Program-made: the position numbers and the translations under genes
The notes under the pieces: model-generated
Told to the model about the DNA's origin: nothing
Seen by the model: only the letters and a program-made list of their open reading frames with translations
Database searches by the model: none
Shown here: piece by piece, positions 19,679 through 27,880 of the stretch
Position numbering within the stretch: the stretch's first letter is position 1
Layout: the number at the start of each line of letters is the position of its first letter
Assembly (NCBI GenBank): GCA_005240145.1
Contig: SBAS01000115.1
Span: 4,188 to 68,187 of the forward strand
Source of the DNA: Nitrosomonadales bacterium
GTDB taxonomy: Bacteria > Pseudomonadota > Gammaproteobacteria > Burkholderiales > SG8-39
DNA length: 64,000 nucleotides
Direction: 5' to 3'

Positions 19679-20557
19679 TTACGCAACACCGTGTTTCTTG
19701 AACCAGGCGAGCATCCGCTTCCAGCCGTCCTCCGCCTGTTCCTTGCGGTAAGTCGGCCGGTAGTCGGCATGAAAGCCGTGCGGCACGTCGGGGTAGACGT
19801 GGATCTGCGACTTCTTGTCGTTGCCGAAGGCGTGCAGCCCGGCACGCATGCGTTCAACGTGGGTCATCGGGATGCCCTGGTCGGCACCGGCGTATAGGCC
19901 AAGCACCGGCCGGTCGATCTTGTCGGTGACGTCCACCGGGTTCTGCGGCTTCACGCTCGTGGGCTCGGCAAAGGTCGGGCCGTACCAGGCCACGGCGGCG
20001 TCGACCTTCTTGTTGTGCGCGGCGTACATCCACACCGTGCGGCCGCCGCGGCAGTGGCCGGTGATGGCGAGCTTTCCCGTGTTGGCGCCCTTTTGCTTGC
20101 CGGCCCACGCCACCACGGCGTCCAGATCGGCGAAGGCCTGCTGGTCGGAAAGCGCATTCGCGCCCTTGAGCACTTCCTTGATGTCGGCCACCTTCGCCAG
20201 GTCGCCGCTGCGGAAGAACGGATCCGAAGACACGGCGAAATAGCCGACCTTCGCCAGGCGCCGGCACATGTCCTTCTGGTATTCGTGCAGGCCGAAGATC
20301 TCGGGGATCAGGACCACCACCGGACGCTTGCCGCTGCCCTTCTTGACGGCATAGTAGGCCGGGATGTCGCCGATCTTGAGGTCGCCGCCCTCCAGGCCGT
20401 CCATCGGGGTCTTGACCGCCTGGGCGAGCACCGGCTCGGCGCTGGCTGCGAAGCCGGCCGCGATCGCCGCGGCAATGAAGCTGCGCCGGTCAACCGGGAC
20501 CTGGGGCCTGAGGCTGTTGAAATGGTCCAGGTCGTTCTGCAGGGAATCCTTGAGCAT
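19679..20557 (-). CDS. Dienelactone hydrolase family protein with twin-Arg-like N-terminus
   Basis: EIFGLHE, GHCRGG nucleophile motif, HGFHADYR; N-terminal DRRSFIAAA; RBS GAGGAG before ATG 20557. Confidence 0.88.
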   Translation of the reverse strand: MLKDSLQNDLDHFNSLRPQVPVDRRSFIAAAIAAGFAASAEPVLAQAVKTPMDGLEGGDLKIGDIPAYYAVKKGSGKRPVVVLIPEIFGLHEYQKDMCRRLAKVGYFAVSSDPFFRSGDLAKVADIKEVLKGANALSDQQAFADLDAVVAWAGKQKGANTGKLAITGHCRGGRTVWMYAAHNKKVDAAVAWYGPTFAEPTSVKPQNPVDVTDKIDRPVLGLYAGADQGIPMTHVERMRAGLHAFGNDKKSQIHVYPDVPHGFHADYRPTYRKEQAEDGWKRMLAWFKKHGVA

Positions 20558-20624
20558 GGCTCTCTCCTCGTGGGGGTACGCCACAACTAACGTAATTCCG
20601 GGCAGGTCTATTCCTTGATCGCGG

Positions 20625-22049
20625 TCAATTGCGGTGCAAACCGGCCGCGATCTGGGGCCGCTGACGCCAGATCCGGGTCTCCTGCTCGAAGGCGTGCGCG
20701 AGCTGCAGCACGCCGAAGTCGTCGCCATAGCGGCCGACGATCTGCAGGCCGACGGGCAGCGGCAGGGGGTCGCTGGTGAAGCCGGCCGGCACCGAGATCG
20801 CAGGGTGGCTGGTGATGGTGATGTAATAGCAGCTCTTCATCCAGTCGAGGTAGTTGCCGAGTTTGGTACCAGCGATTCTCCGCGGGTATTCCTCGTCGAC
20901 CGGGAACGGCGGCAACTGGTTCACGGGGCAGAGCAGGAAATCGTAGCGCGTGAGGAACGCGCGCATGCGGTGGAAGAGCTGCGTGCGCAGCGTCTCGGCG
21001 CGCGCGATCGCCTCCGGCGTGAGCTTGAGGCCCTGCTCGATGTTCCAGATCACCGTCTGCTTCAGCTGCGCGCGGTGCTCCCGGTAGAGCTGCTCGTGGT
21101 TCTGCAGGAAGGCGAGCGCGCGCAGCGCTTCGAAGGATTCGGTGGCGCCGGAAAAATCGGGTTCCGCCTCCTCGATGCGGCAGCCGAGGGCGGCGAACAC
21201 CCCGCGCTGCTTCTCCAGCACCGCGCTGACGCGCGGATCCATCGGCAGCCCGCCGAGGCTGCGGCTCCAGGCGATCTTGGTTTTCCTGAAGTCGCGCGCC
21301 AAGGGACGGGCAAAGTTTTTCCCCGGCTCCGCGCACGAAGTTGGCACCCGCGGGTCCGGCCCCGCCATGGCGGAAAACAGGAACGCCGCGTCCGCCACGG
21401 TGCGCGCTACCGGGCCCAGCACCGAGAGCGTGTTCCAGGCATTGGACGCAGGCCAGGCCGGCACGCGCCCCGGCGTCGGCCGGAAGCCGACCACGTTGCA
21501 GTAGTTGCCGGGGTTGCGCAGGCTCGCGGCGAGATCGGAGCCGTCGGCGAAGGGCAGCATGCCCGTGGCCACCGCCACCGCCGCGCCGCCCGAGGAGCCG
21601 CCGCAGGTCTTGGCAGGATCGTAGGGATTCTTCGTCGCGCCGAACACCGCGTTGAAGGTCTGGCTGCCGGCGCCGAACTCGGGCGTGTTGGTCTTGCCCA
21701 GCGTGATCGCGCCGGCGGCGGCGAGGCGCTCGACGATGGCGTCATCCGCGTCGGGCACATGGTCGCGATAAAGCGGCGAGCCTTTGGTGGTGCGGATGCC
21801 CCTGGTCGACACCAGGTCCTTGTAGGCGATCGGCAGGGCGGCCAGGGGGCCGCCCGGGTTTTTTTTGCGGTCGAATTCTTTTGCCTTCTTCAAAGCCAAC
21901 TCGGGAACGAAAGTCACAATCGCATTGACCTGCGGATTGACGCGCTCGACCTGCGCGATGAAGGCCCGCATCACCTCGGTCGCCGAGAGCTTGCGGCTGC
22001 GGATGAGTTGCGCGAGTTTTTTCGCCGGGGTGAAACAGATGTCGGTCAT
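20625..22049 (-). CDS. Amidase signature family protein
   Basis: YKDL, GKTNTPEFG, GGSSGG, GSDLAASLRNP; start ATG 22049 (MTDICF). Confidence 0.92.
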   Translation of the reverse strand: MTDICFTPAKKLAQLIRSRKLSATEVMRAFIAQVERVNPQVNAIVTFVPELALKKAKEFDRKKNPGGPLAALPIAYKDLVSTRGIRTTKGSPLYRDHVPDADDAIVERLAAAGAITLGKTNTPEFGAGSQTFNAVFGATKNPYDPAKTCGGSSGGAAVAVATGMLPFADGSDLAASLRNPGNYCNVVGFRPTPGRVPAWPASNAWNTLSVLGPVARTVADAAFLFSAMAGPDPRVPTSCAEPGKNFARPLARDFRKTKIAWSRSLGGLPMDPRVSAVLEKQRGVFAALGCRIEEAEPDFSGATESFEALRALAFLQNHEQLYREHRAQLKQTVIWNIEQGLKLTPEAIARAETLRTQLFHRMRAFLTRYDFLLCPVNQLPPFPVDEEYPRRIAGTKLGNYLDWMKSCYYITITSHPAISVPAGFTSDPLPLPVGLQIVGRYGDDFGVLQLAHAFEQETRIWRQRPQIAAGLHRN

Positions 22050-22104
22050 AGCAGCACGATGAAGTATTGTTCTGTCATAGCAATACGATATCGTATTGCT
22101 CCTG
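22046..22104 (-). repeat. Diverged 29-nt tandem duplication of the rng 3' end; the rng-coding copy contains a perfect 22-bp palindrome
   Basis: Copies read cag gag caa tac gat atc gta ttg cta tga (QEQYDIVLL*) and aca gaa caa tac ttc atc gtg ctg cta tga (TEQYFIVLL*). AGCAATACGATATCGTATTGCT at 22079-22100 is its own reverse complement. Confidence 0.8.
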
Positions 22105-23577
22105 TGCATAGTTGGATTCGACCTGCACCGACACCGGCTTGCCTATGAAGTCGGAGAGCATCGCCAGCGCGCCCGATTCCTCCTCCTGGAACAGGTCGCA
22201 GACCGGCGGCGAGGCGAGGACGCGGAACTCGCGCGCCTCGAAGGCGCGCGCCTCGCGCAGGACCTCGCGCAGCACCTCGTAGCAGACGGTGCGCGCGGTT
22301 TTCATCTCGCCGCGACCGCCGCAGGCCTGGCAGGGCTCGCACAGGACGTGGGCGAGGGATTCGCGCGTGCGCTTGCGCGTCATCTCCACCAGGCCGAGCG
22401 CGGTGAAGCCGCTCAGCGTCACGCGCGTGGGGTCGCGCGCGAGCGCGCGGCGGAACTCCTCCAGCACCGCGGCGCGATGCTCCTCGGTCTCCATGTCGAT
22501 GAAGTCCACCACGATGATGCCGCCCAGGTTGCGCAGCCGCAGCTGGCGCGCGATGGCCTGCGCCGCCTCGAGGTTGGTCTTGAACACGGTCTCGTCGAAG
22601 TTGCGCTTGCCGACGAAGCCGCCGGTGTTGACGTCCACCGTGGTCATGGACTCGGTCTGGTCGATCACCAGCGTGCCGCCGGACTTGAGTTCGACGCGCG
22701 GCAAGAGCGCCTTTTCTATTTCCTGCTCGACGTTGTAGAGCTCGAACAGCGGCCGCTCGCCGGTGTAGTGCTGCAGCTTGGCGAGGAGCCCCGGCATGTA
22801 GCTTCGCGCGAAGTCCGTCAGCAGCGCGTAGTTCTCGCGCGAATCGACGTGCACCGCCGTGGTATCCGCCGCAACCATGTCGCGCAGCACGCGCTGCGCA
22901 AGCGACAGGCCCTGATAGACCAGTTTCGGCGGCTGGGCTCCCGCATTGGGACCTCCGGCGAGCTCGCGGATGGCGCGCCACAGGCTGCGCAGGTACTCGA
23001 TGTCGGCGCGCAGCTCTTCGTCGCTTGCGCCCTCGGCGAGCGTGCGCAGGATGAAGCCGCCGGTTTCCCCTTCGGGTATGAGCTGCTTCAACCTGTCGCG
23101 CAGCGCCGCGCGCCCCGTCTCGTCCTCGATGCGCTGCGAGACGCCGATGTGCGGATCCTGCGGCAGGTACACGAGCAGGCGTCCGGCCACCGAGAGCTGG
23201 GTCGAGAGCCGCGCCCCCTTGCTGCCGAGCGGGTCTTTCAGCACCTGCACGGTGACCGGCTGGCCCTCGGCGAGCATCTTCTCGATCGGCGTGGCCGTAT
23301 TGCCGTTGCGCCGGTGCTCCCTGCCTTCAGCAGCGGCGGCCCCGCGCCGCTGCTCCCACAAGTCCGCGACGTGCAGGAAGGCGGCGCGCTCGAGACCAAT
23401 TTCGACGAAGGCCGACTGCATCCCGGGCAGCACGCGCGCCACCCGCCCGACGTAGATGTTGCCCACCAGCCCGCGGCTCGCCTCGCGCTCGACCACCAGT
23501 TCCTGCACCTGGCCGGCGGCGAGGACCGCGACGCGCGTCTCCTGCGGCGTGACGTTGACGAGGATTTCCTCGTTCAC
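22075..23577 (-). CDS. rng: Ribonuclease G (Rne/Rng family)
   Basis: GNIYVGRV, AFVEIG, DVNTGGFVG, RQLRLRNLGGIIVVDFIDM. Confidence 0.95.
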   Translation of the reverse strand: MNEEILVNVTPQETRVAVLAAGQVQELVVEREASRGLVGNIYVGRVARVLPGMQSAFVEIGLERAAFLHVADLWEQRRGAAAAEGREHRRNGNTATPIEKMLAEGQPVTVQVLKDPLGSKGARLSTQLSVAGRLLVYLPQDPHIGVSQRIEDETGRAALRDRLKQLIPEGETGGFILRTLAEGASDEELRADIEYLRSLWRAIRELAGGPNAGAQPPKLVYQGLSLAQRVLRDMVAADTTAVHVDSRENYALLTDFARSYMPGLLAKLQHYTGERPLFELYNVEQEIEKALLPRVELKSGGTLVIDQTESMTTVDVNTGGFVGKRNFDETVFKTNLEAAQAIARQLRLRNLGGIIVVDFIDMETEEHRAAVLEEFRRALARDPTRVTLSGFTALGLVEMTRKRTRESLAHVLCEPCQACGGRGEMKTARTVCYEVLREVLREARAFEAREFRVLASPPVCDLFQEEESGALAMLSDFIGKPVSVQVESNYAQEQYDIVLL

Positions 23578-24206
23578 CGGCGCCGCTCCTGCTGCGCCCC
23601 CATGCGCTCGAGCAGTTGCGCGGTCTCATACAGCGGCAGGCCCATGACGCCCGAATAGCTGCCCTGCAGGGCGGCGATGAACTGCGCCGCGCGCCCCTGG
23701 ATGGCGTAGGCGCCCGCCTTGTCGTCGCCCTCGCCGGTGGCGACGTAGTGGCGGACGTCGTCCGCGCAGAGGACGCGGAATTCGACTTCCGATATGGACA
23801 GCGTGCACTCGAGCTGGCTCTCGTAGCGCAGCGCGACGGCGCTGAGCACCTGGTGCCGGCGGCCCGAGAGCGCAGCCAGCATGGTCGCGGCCGCGCGCCG
23901 GTCGGCGGGCTTGCCGAAGATCTGCTCGTCCACCGCGACGGTGGTATCGGCGGCAAGCACCGCGGCGCGCGGCAGGTTTCTTTGCTCCACGCGCTGCCAG
24001 CCGGCCTGCGCCTTGGCGCGCGCGACGCGCTCGACGTAGAGGCGCGGCGTTTCCCCGGCATGCACGCTTTCGTCCAGGCCGGGATCGGTCTCAGGGATGT
24101 TGCGAAAGGCGAGGACCTGGAAACGCACGCCAATCTGCGCCAGCAGTTCGCGCCTTCTCGGACTGCGGGACGCCAGATAGATCGAACGCTCAGCTTGCAC
24201 AGGCAA
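23574..24206 (-). CDS. maf: Maf/YhdE nucleotide pyrophosphatase
   Basis: YLASRSPRRRELL, AADTTV, DKAGAYAIQG, SYSGVMGLP; exact start uncertain (TTG 24206 or GTG 24200). Confidence 0.92.
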   Translation of the reverse strand: MPVQAERSIYLASRSPRRRELLAQIGVRFQVLAFRNIPETDPGLDESVHAGETPRLYVERVARAKAQAGWQRVEQRNLPRAAVLAADTTVAVDEQIFGKPADRRAAATMLAALSGRRHQVLSAVALRYESQLECTLSISEVEFRVLCADDVRHYVATGEGDDKAGAYAIQGRAAQFIAALQGSYSGVMGLPLYETAQLLERMGAQQERRR

Positions 24207-24253
24207 TTCCTCGCCCTCGGGGAGCGGCGAAGTCTAGCAGGCGGTCCTGCCGG

Positions 24254-26296
24254 CTATGCCGGCTCCACCTCTACCATCGCGTCGAACGTCGCCTGTCCGG
24301 CGGAGAACGCGAACAGATCGACCGCGGCGTCGGGCAGGACCGCAGCGCCGGCGGTGAGTCGGTTGAGGCCCGGCCACCCGTCGCGCATCCAGACCGTGCC
24401 AGCGGGTATGCGCTCGGTAACCAGCGCCTTCGCGCGCAGTTCGCCACGATCGTTGAAAATGCGGATCGCCGCGCCGTCGGCGACATCGCGTGTCGCGGCG
24501 TCAGCGGGAGAAATCCACAGCGAAGGTTCCGCCTCGCGCCGCGCCAGCGTCGGCAGTTCCCGCCCATTGTTGTAGAAGCCGTGAAAATGCGTCAGGGTCC
24601 GCCCCTGCGTCAGCGCCAGCGCATGGGCGCGCGCCTTGCCGCCGGCCTGCGGCTTGTGCTCAAGCGTGGGCAGGGGCGGCAGACCGAGGCGCTCGGCCTG
24701 GTCCGAGTAGAACTCGATCTTGCGCGACGGGGTGTCGAAATCCAGCGTCGGATTGGCGACGTGCGACACGTTCAGCGCACGGATGCCGCCCTCTGCGCGC
24801 AGCGCCGCTACCGATGTATGGCCGGTGCAGGGATGATCGAGAATCACGTCCATCATGGCCTCCTCCGAAGGCCACGGATGAAAGCCTTCCAGATGGAGCC
24901 GCTCGGCCAGTTCCTTCACGATCGCGTGGAGCGAGCGCGTTTCGCCGGGCGGCGCCAGCGCCTGCTCCATCAGATAAAGATGCGTGTGCGTCATTTTGCA
25001 TCCCACTTCCTCCAGCCACGCGGTCCCCGGCAGCACGATGTCGGCGAAGCGGCGCGCGGTCTCGTTGAGGAACAGGTCGTAGCTCACCACCAGAGGGGTT
25101 CGTTGCAGCCCCGCCGCCACATCCGCGGCGTCGGCGAAAGACGACAGCATGTTCGTGCCCATCAGCAGCAGGGTCTGGATGCGGCCCTCGCGCAGGGCCG
25201 CGGTTAGCGCCGGCATTTGATTCGGGATGACCGTGCCGGGCGCCCTGCGCGCGGGCTCGATGATGCTGCCCAGGCCGCGGCCGTGGGCCGCACTGCCGTG
25301 GCGCGGGCCGAAACCGCCGCCCGCGATGCCGGCGTTCCCGGTCAGCCCGGGCAGGCAGGCGATGGCGCGCGCGGCCTGCCAGCCATTCGCGCCCTTGTGC
25401 ATCGAGCTGCCACCGAGCACGATCATCGAGGGGCGCGTGCCGGCGTAGCGCCGCGCCAGCGCCACGATCCGTTCGGCGGCAATGCCGGTGATTTCGGCAG
25501 CCCACGCCGGTGAGTAGTCGCGCACATGCGCGGCGAGCCGGTCGAAGCCGAGCGTATGCGCGGCGACGAACGCCGCGTCGTGGCGTTGCTCGACACAAAT
25601 GACATGCAGCAGCGCCAGCGCCAGCGCCGTGTCGCTGCCGGGCCGGATGATGAGCGTTTCGTCCGATTGGGCGGCGGCCTCGGTGCTGCGCACGTCGATC
25701 GTCACCACCCGCGCGCCGCGGCGCTTCGCCGCCAGCAGGTGCCGGGCGGTGTTCGGCTGGCTGGCCAGATTGGCCGCCCAGAGGATGATGAGCTCGGAGT
25801 GCTCGCCCATGTCCTCCTTGGTGTTGGTCTCGAGCATGCCGGTGAGCCCTAGTCCGAAGGCGCCCAGGCCCCAGCAGATCATGGTCGGGCTCCAGAACTG
25901 GGAGCCGTGGAAGTTCGCGAAACGGGCGAGCAGCTGCGCGCTGATGCGCGTGCCGTAGTTGGTGGTGAAGGTGCCGTGGCCGGGCCAGATGCCCACGCGC
26001 TCCGGTTGCGCCATGCCGGCGACGATCCGCTCCAGCGCCTCGTCCCAGCTGGCCCGCCGGAACTCGTCGCCGCGCCGGTCGCGCATCAGGGGATGCAGAA
26101 GGCGCGCCGGGTTGCCGATGATTTCCCGCGACGCCTGGCCGCGGATGCAGAGGAACCCCCGGCTGTCCGGGTTGGCCTCATCGCCCTTGACGCTGACGAG
26201 CTCGCCGTCACGCACCTCCGCGATCATGCCGCAGAGCGTCGGGTGGCAACTCATCGGGCACATGGTGCGCACTAGCGTGGAGGACGTCCCCGTCAC
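24254..26296 (-). CDS. Molybdopterin (Mo/W-bisPGD, DMSO-reductase family) oxidoreductase catalytic subunit without export signal
   Basis: N-terminal Fe-S motif CPMSCHPTLC...C, RASWDEAL, ADIVLPG, TPSRKIEF, C-terminal molydopterin-binding barrel (ISPADAATR, VWMRDGW). Confidence 0.88.
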   Translation of the reverse strand: MTGTSSTLVRTMCPMSCHPTLCGMIAEVRDGELVSVKGDEANPDSRGFLCIRGQASREIIGNPARLLHPLMRDRRGDEFRRASWDEALERIVAGMAQPERVGIWPGHGTFTTNYGTRISAQLLARFANFHGSQFWSPTMICWGLGAFGLGLTGMLETNTKEDMGEHSELIILWAANLASQPNTARHLLAAKRRGARVVTIDVRSTEAAAQSDETLIIRPGSDTALALALLHVICVEQRHDAAFVAAHTLGFDRLAAHVRDYSPAWAAEITGIAAERIVALARRYAGTRPSMIVLGGSSMHKGANGWQAARAIACLPGLTGNAGIAGGGFGPRHGSAAHGRGLGSIIEPARRAPGTVIPNQMPALTAALREGRIQTLLLMGTNMLSSFADAADVAAGLQRTPLVVSYDLFLNETARRFADIVLPGTAWLEEVGCKMTHTHLYLMEQALAPPGETRSLHAIVKELAERLHLEGFHPWPSEEAMMDVILDHPCTGHTSVAALRAEGGIRALNVSHVANPTLDFDTPSRKIEFYSDQAERLGLPPLPTLEHKPQAGGKARAHALALTQGRTLTHFHGFYNNGRELPTLARREAEPSLWISPADAATRDVADGAAIRIFNDRGELRAKALVTERIPAGTVWMRDGWPGLNRLTAGAAVLPDAAVDLFAFSAGQATFDAMVEVEPA

Positions 26297-26439
26297 TGGA
26301 TCACCTCATCCGCCCGCCTGAGCACCGAGCGGGATCGCCACGAAAAGCGAAGCTCGCACAGAAGGTTTTGCCCTTCGAATAGCCGAGCCCGCGCAGCGCC
26401 GAGGACAAGGAGTGCCAGTACGCTGTCACGCCTGTTCAT
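26293..26439 (-). pseudogene. Collapsed remnant of an ABC substrate-binding protein (ABC_sub_bind type)
   Basis: 48-aa ORF MNRRDSVLALLVLGAARARLFEGQNLLCELRFSWRSRSVLRRADEVIQ joins the typical N-terminal signal (MNRR), an internal EGQNL..E.RF segment and the typical C-terminal RADEVIQ of proteins normally about 320 aa. Confidence 0.65.
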
Positions 26440-26466
26440 TCAATTTACCTTGAATCAGTCTCCGAG

Positions 26467-26805
26467 CTAGATCGTCAAGACGAGACGAAGCCCATCCTCA
26501 ACCTCGGCGAGCAATCGAGGATTGAGTCTGCCGATTCGCTGCGTGAGAAAGGTCTTGTCCACGGTGATGATCTGCGAGACGTTCACTACGGACGGCTTCG
26601 TAAGCCCGGTTCCCTTGACCGGCAGGCGAACATTTCCCGGTGCATCGGCGAGGCGCTGGTTCGATGTGATGACCGCCGCGACAACCGTGCTGATGCGGCT
26701 TTCGTTGAAACTATTTGCCGAAACGACAAGCAATGGCCGCCGGAATCCAGGGCCGGACCCGGCGGGCTCTGGAAGTGAAGCCCACCAGATCTCGCCGCGG
26801 CGCAT
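26467..26805 (-). CDS. mazF: MazF/PemK-family endoribonuclease toxin
   Basis: MRRGEIWWASL, RRPLLVVS, PGNV, VVNVSQIITVDK; 112 aa; overlaps the antitoxin stop (TAATG). Confidence 0.92.
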   Translation of the reverse strand: MRRGEIWWASLPEPAGSGPGFRRPLLVVSANSFNESRISTVVAAVITSNQRLADAPGNVRLPVKGTGLTKPSVVNVSQIITVDKTFLTQRIGRLNPRLLAEVEDGLRLVLTI

Positions 26806-27047
26806 TACCGCTTGCTTCGCGCGAGCGTGCGATGCTGAAGCACGCCTAGCTCGGCATCGAGTGATGAGTCTTCCCGAGCAGGGCCGTAGATCTCGTTGAG
26901 CCGGGAGGTTATCAAGTCGTCCTGATGTCTATCCACAAGTGCTGCCAGCGCCTTGGAGTAAAGCTCGCTTCGAGAAACCCCCAGGCGTGAAGCGAGCTGC
27001 TCGGCCGAACGAAAGACGCGATCGGGAACGGAGATGGCAGTTTTCAT
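26805..27047 (-). CDS. Ribbon-helix-helix antitoxin (MazE/ChpI-like)
   Basis: MKTAISVPD..F..AEQLA..LGVSRSELY RHH pattern; 80 aa; immediately upstream of the toxin. Confidence 0.85.
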   Translation of the reverse strand: MKTAISVPDRVFRSAEQLASRLGVSRSELYSKALAALVDRHQDDLITSRLNEIYGPAREDSSLDAELGVLQHRTLARSKR

Positions 27048-27053
27048 GTCCCG

Positions 27054-27081
27054 AGTATAACACTGGTTATACCCGCGTCAA
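27054..27081 (-). promoter_or_regulatory. Sigma70 promoter with overlapping palindromic operator for the TA operon
   Basis: -35 TTGACG (27076-27081), 16-nt spacer, TG-extended -10 TATACT (27054-27059); inverted repeat GTATAAC-N4-GTTATAC (27055-27072). Confidence 0.75.
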
Positions 27082-27087
27082 CCTTGG

Positions 27088-27486
27088 CTAGTTGCGGTGG
27101 TAGGGGTGGCCCGTGAGGAGCGTTGCAGCGCGGTAGAGCTGCTCGCACAGTACCACCTGCGCGAGCGCGTGCGGCAGCGTGAGCGCCGAGAGGCGCAGCA
27201 GCAGCGAGGCTTCCTTTCTGATCGCCGGGTCGAGGCCGTCGGCGCCGCCGATGACGAACGTCGTGGGCTCGCCGAGCAGCGCGGCGAACTGTCTGGTCGT
27301 AAGGTCCTTGCCGCGTTCGTCCAGCGCGACGAGGCGCGCTCGCGCAGGAATCTTGATCCGCTTCGCCTTTACTTCGAGAATTTCGACTTCATATCCGCGC
27401 GGCATGCGGCGGACGTACTCGTCCCTCGCGCTCTTCGCCCATGACGGTAAGTTACTTGCGACCGCGACGACGTGCAGTCTTGCCAC
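27088..27486 (-). CDS. rlmH: 23S rRNA pseudouridine-1915 N3-methyltransferase (short, 132 aa)
   Basis: LVALDERGK, FVIGGADGL, TLPHALA..VL.EQLYRA, GHPYHR; position downstream of rsfS. Confidence 0.92.
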   Translation of the reverse strand: MARLHVVAVASNLPSWAKSARDEYVRRMPRGYEVEILEVKAKRIKIPARARLVALDERGKDLTTRQFAALLGEPTTFVIGGADGLDPAIRKEASLLLRLSALTLPHALAQVVLCEQLYRAATLLTGHPYHRN

Positions 27487-27880
27487 GGGCGGGTTTCTTC
27501 GACGCGACGGCGCGCTTGCGCTTTTTTTTCGGTTTCTCTTCTTTCTTCAACCTTACTTCCTTGCCGCCCCAGAGTTCTTCCAGGTTGTAATGGCTGCGCA
27601 CCGCCGGGTGCATGACGTGCACGACGATGTCGCCCAGGTCCACCAGCACCCACTCGCCGTTGCGGCGGCCTTCGACGCCGACCACGTTCGCGCCCAGCGC
27701 CTTGAGCTTTTCCTGCACGTGCGTGGCGAGCGCGTTCACCTGCCGGTTCGAGTCGCCGCTGGCGATCACCACGCGCTCGAAATAGGCGGTTTGCGCGGCG
27801 ACGTTGAACACCACGATGTCGCGCCCCTTCACGTCTTCCAGCGCCGCCACCACGGCGCGCTGCTTTACGCGGATGTCCAT
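27452..27880 (-). CDS. rsfS: Ribosome silencing factor RsfS with Lys/Arg-rich tail
   Basis: LEDVKGRDI, VIASGDSNRQV, EWVLVDLGDIVVHVM, YNLEELW. Confidence 0.93.
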   Translation of the reverse strand: MDIRVKQRAVVAALEDVKGRDIVVFNVAAQTAYFERVVIASGDSNRQVNALATHVQEKLKALGANVVGVEGRRNGEWVLVDLGDIVVHVMHPAVRSHYNLEELWGGKEVRLKKEEKPKKKRKRAVASKKPARGKTARRRGRK

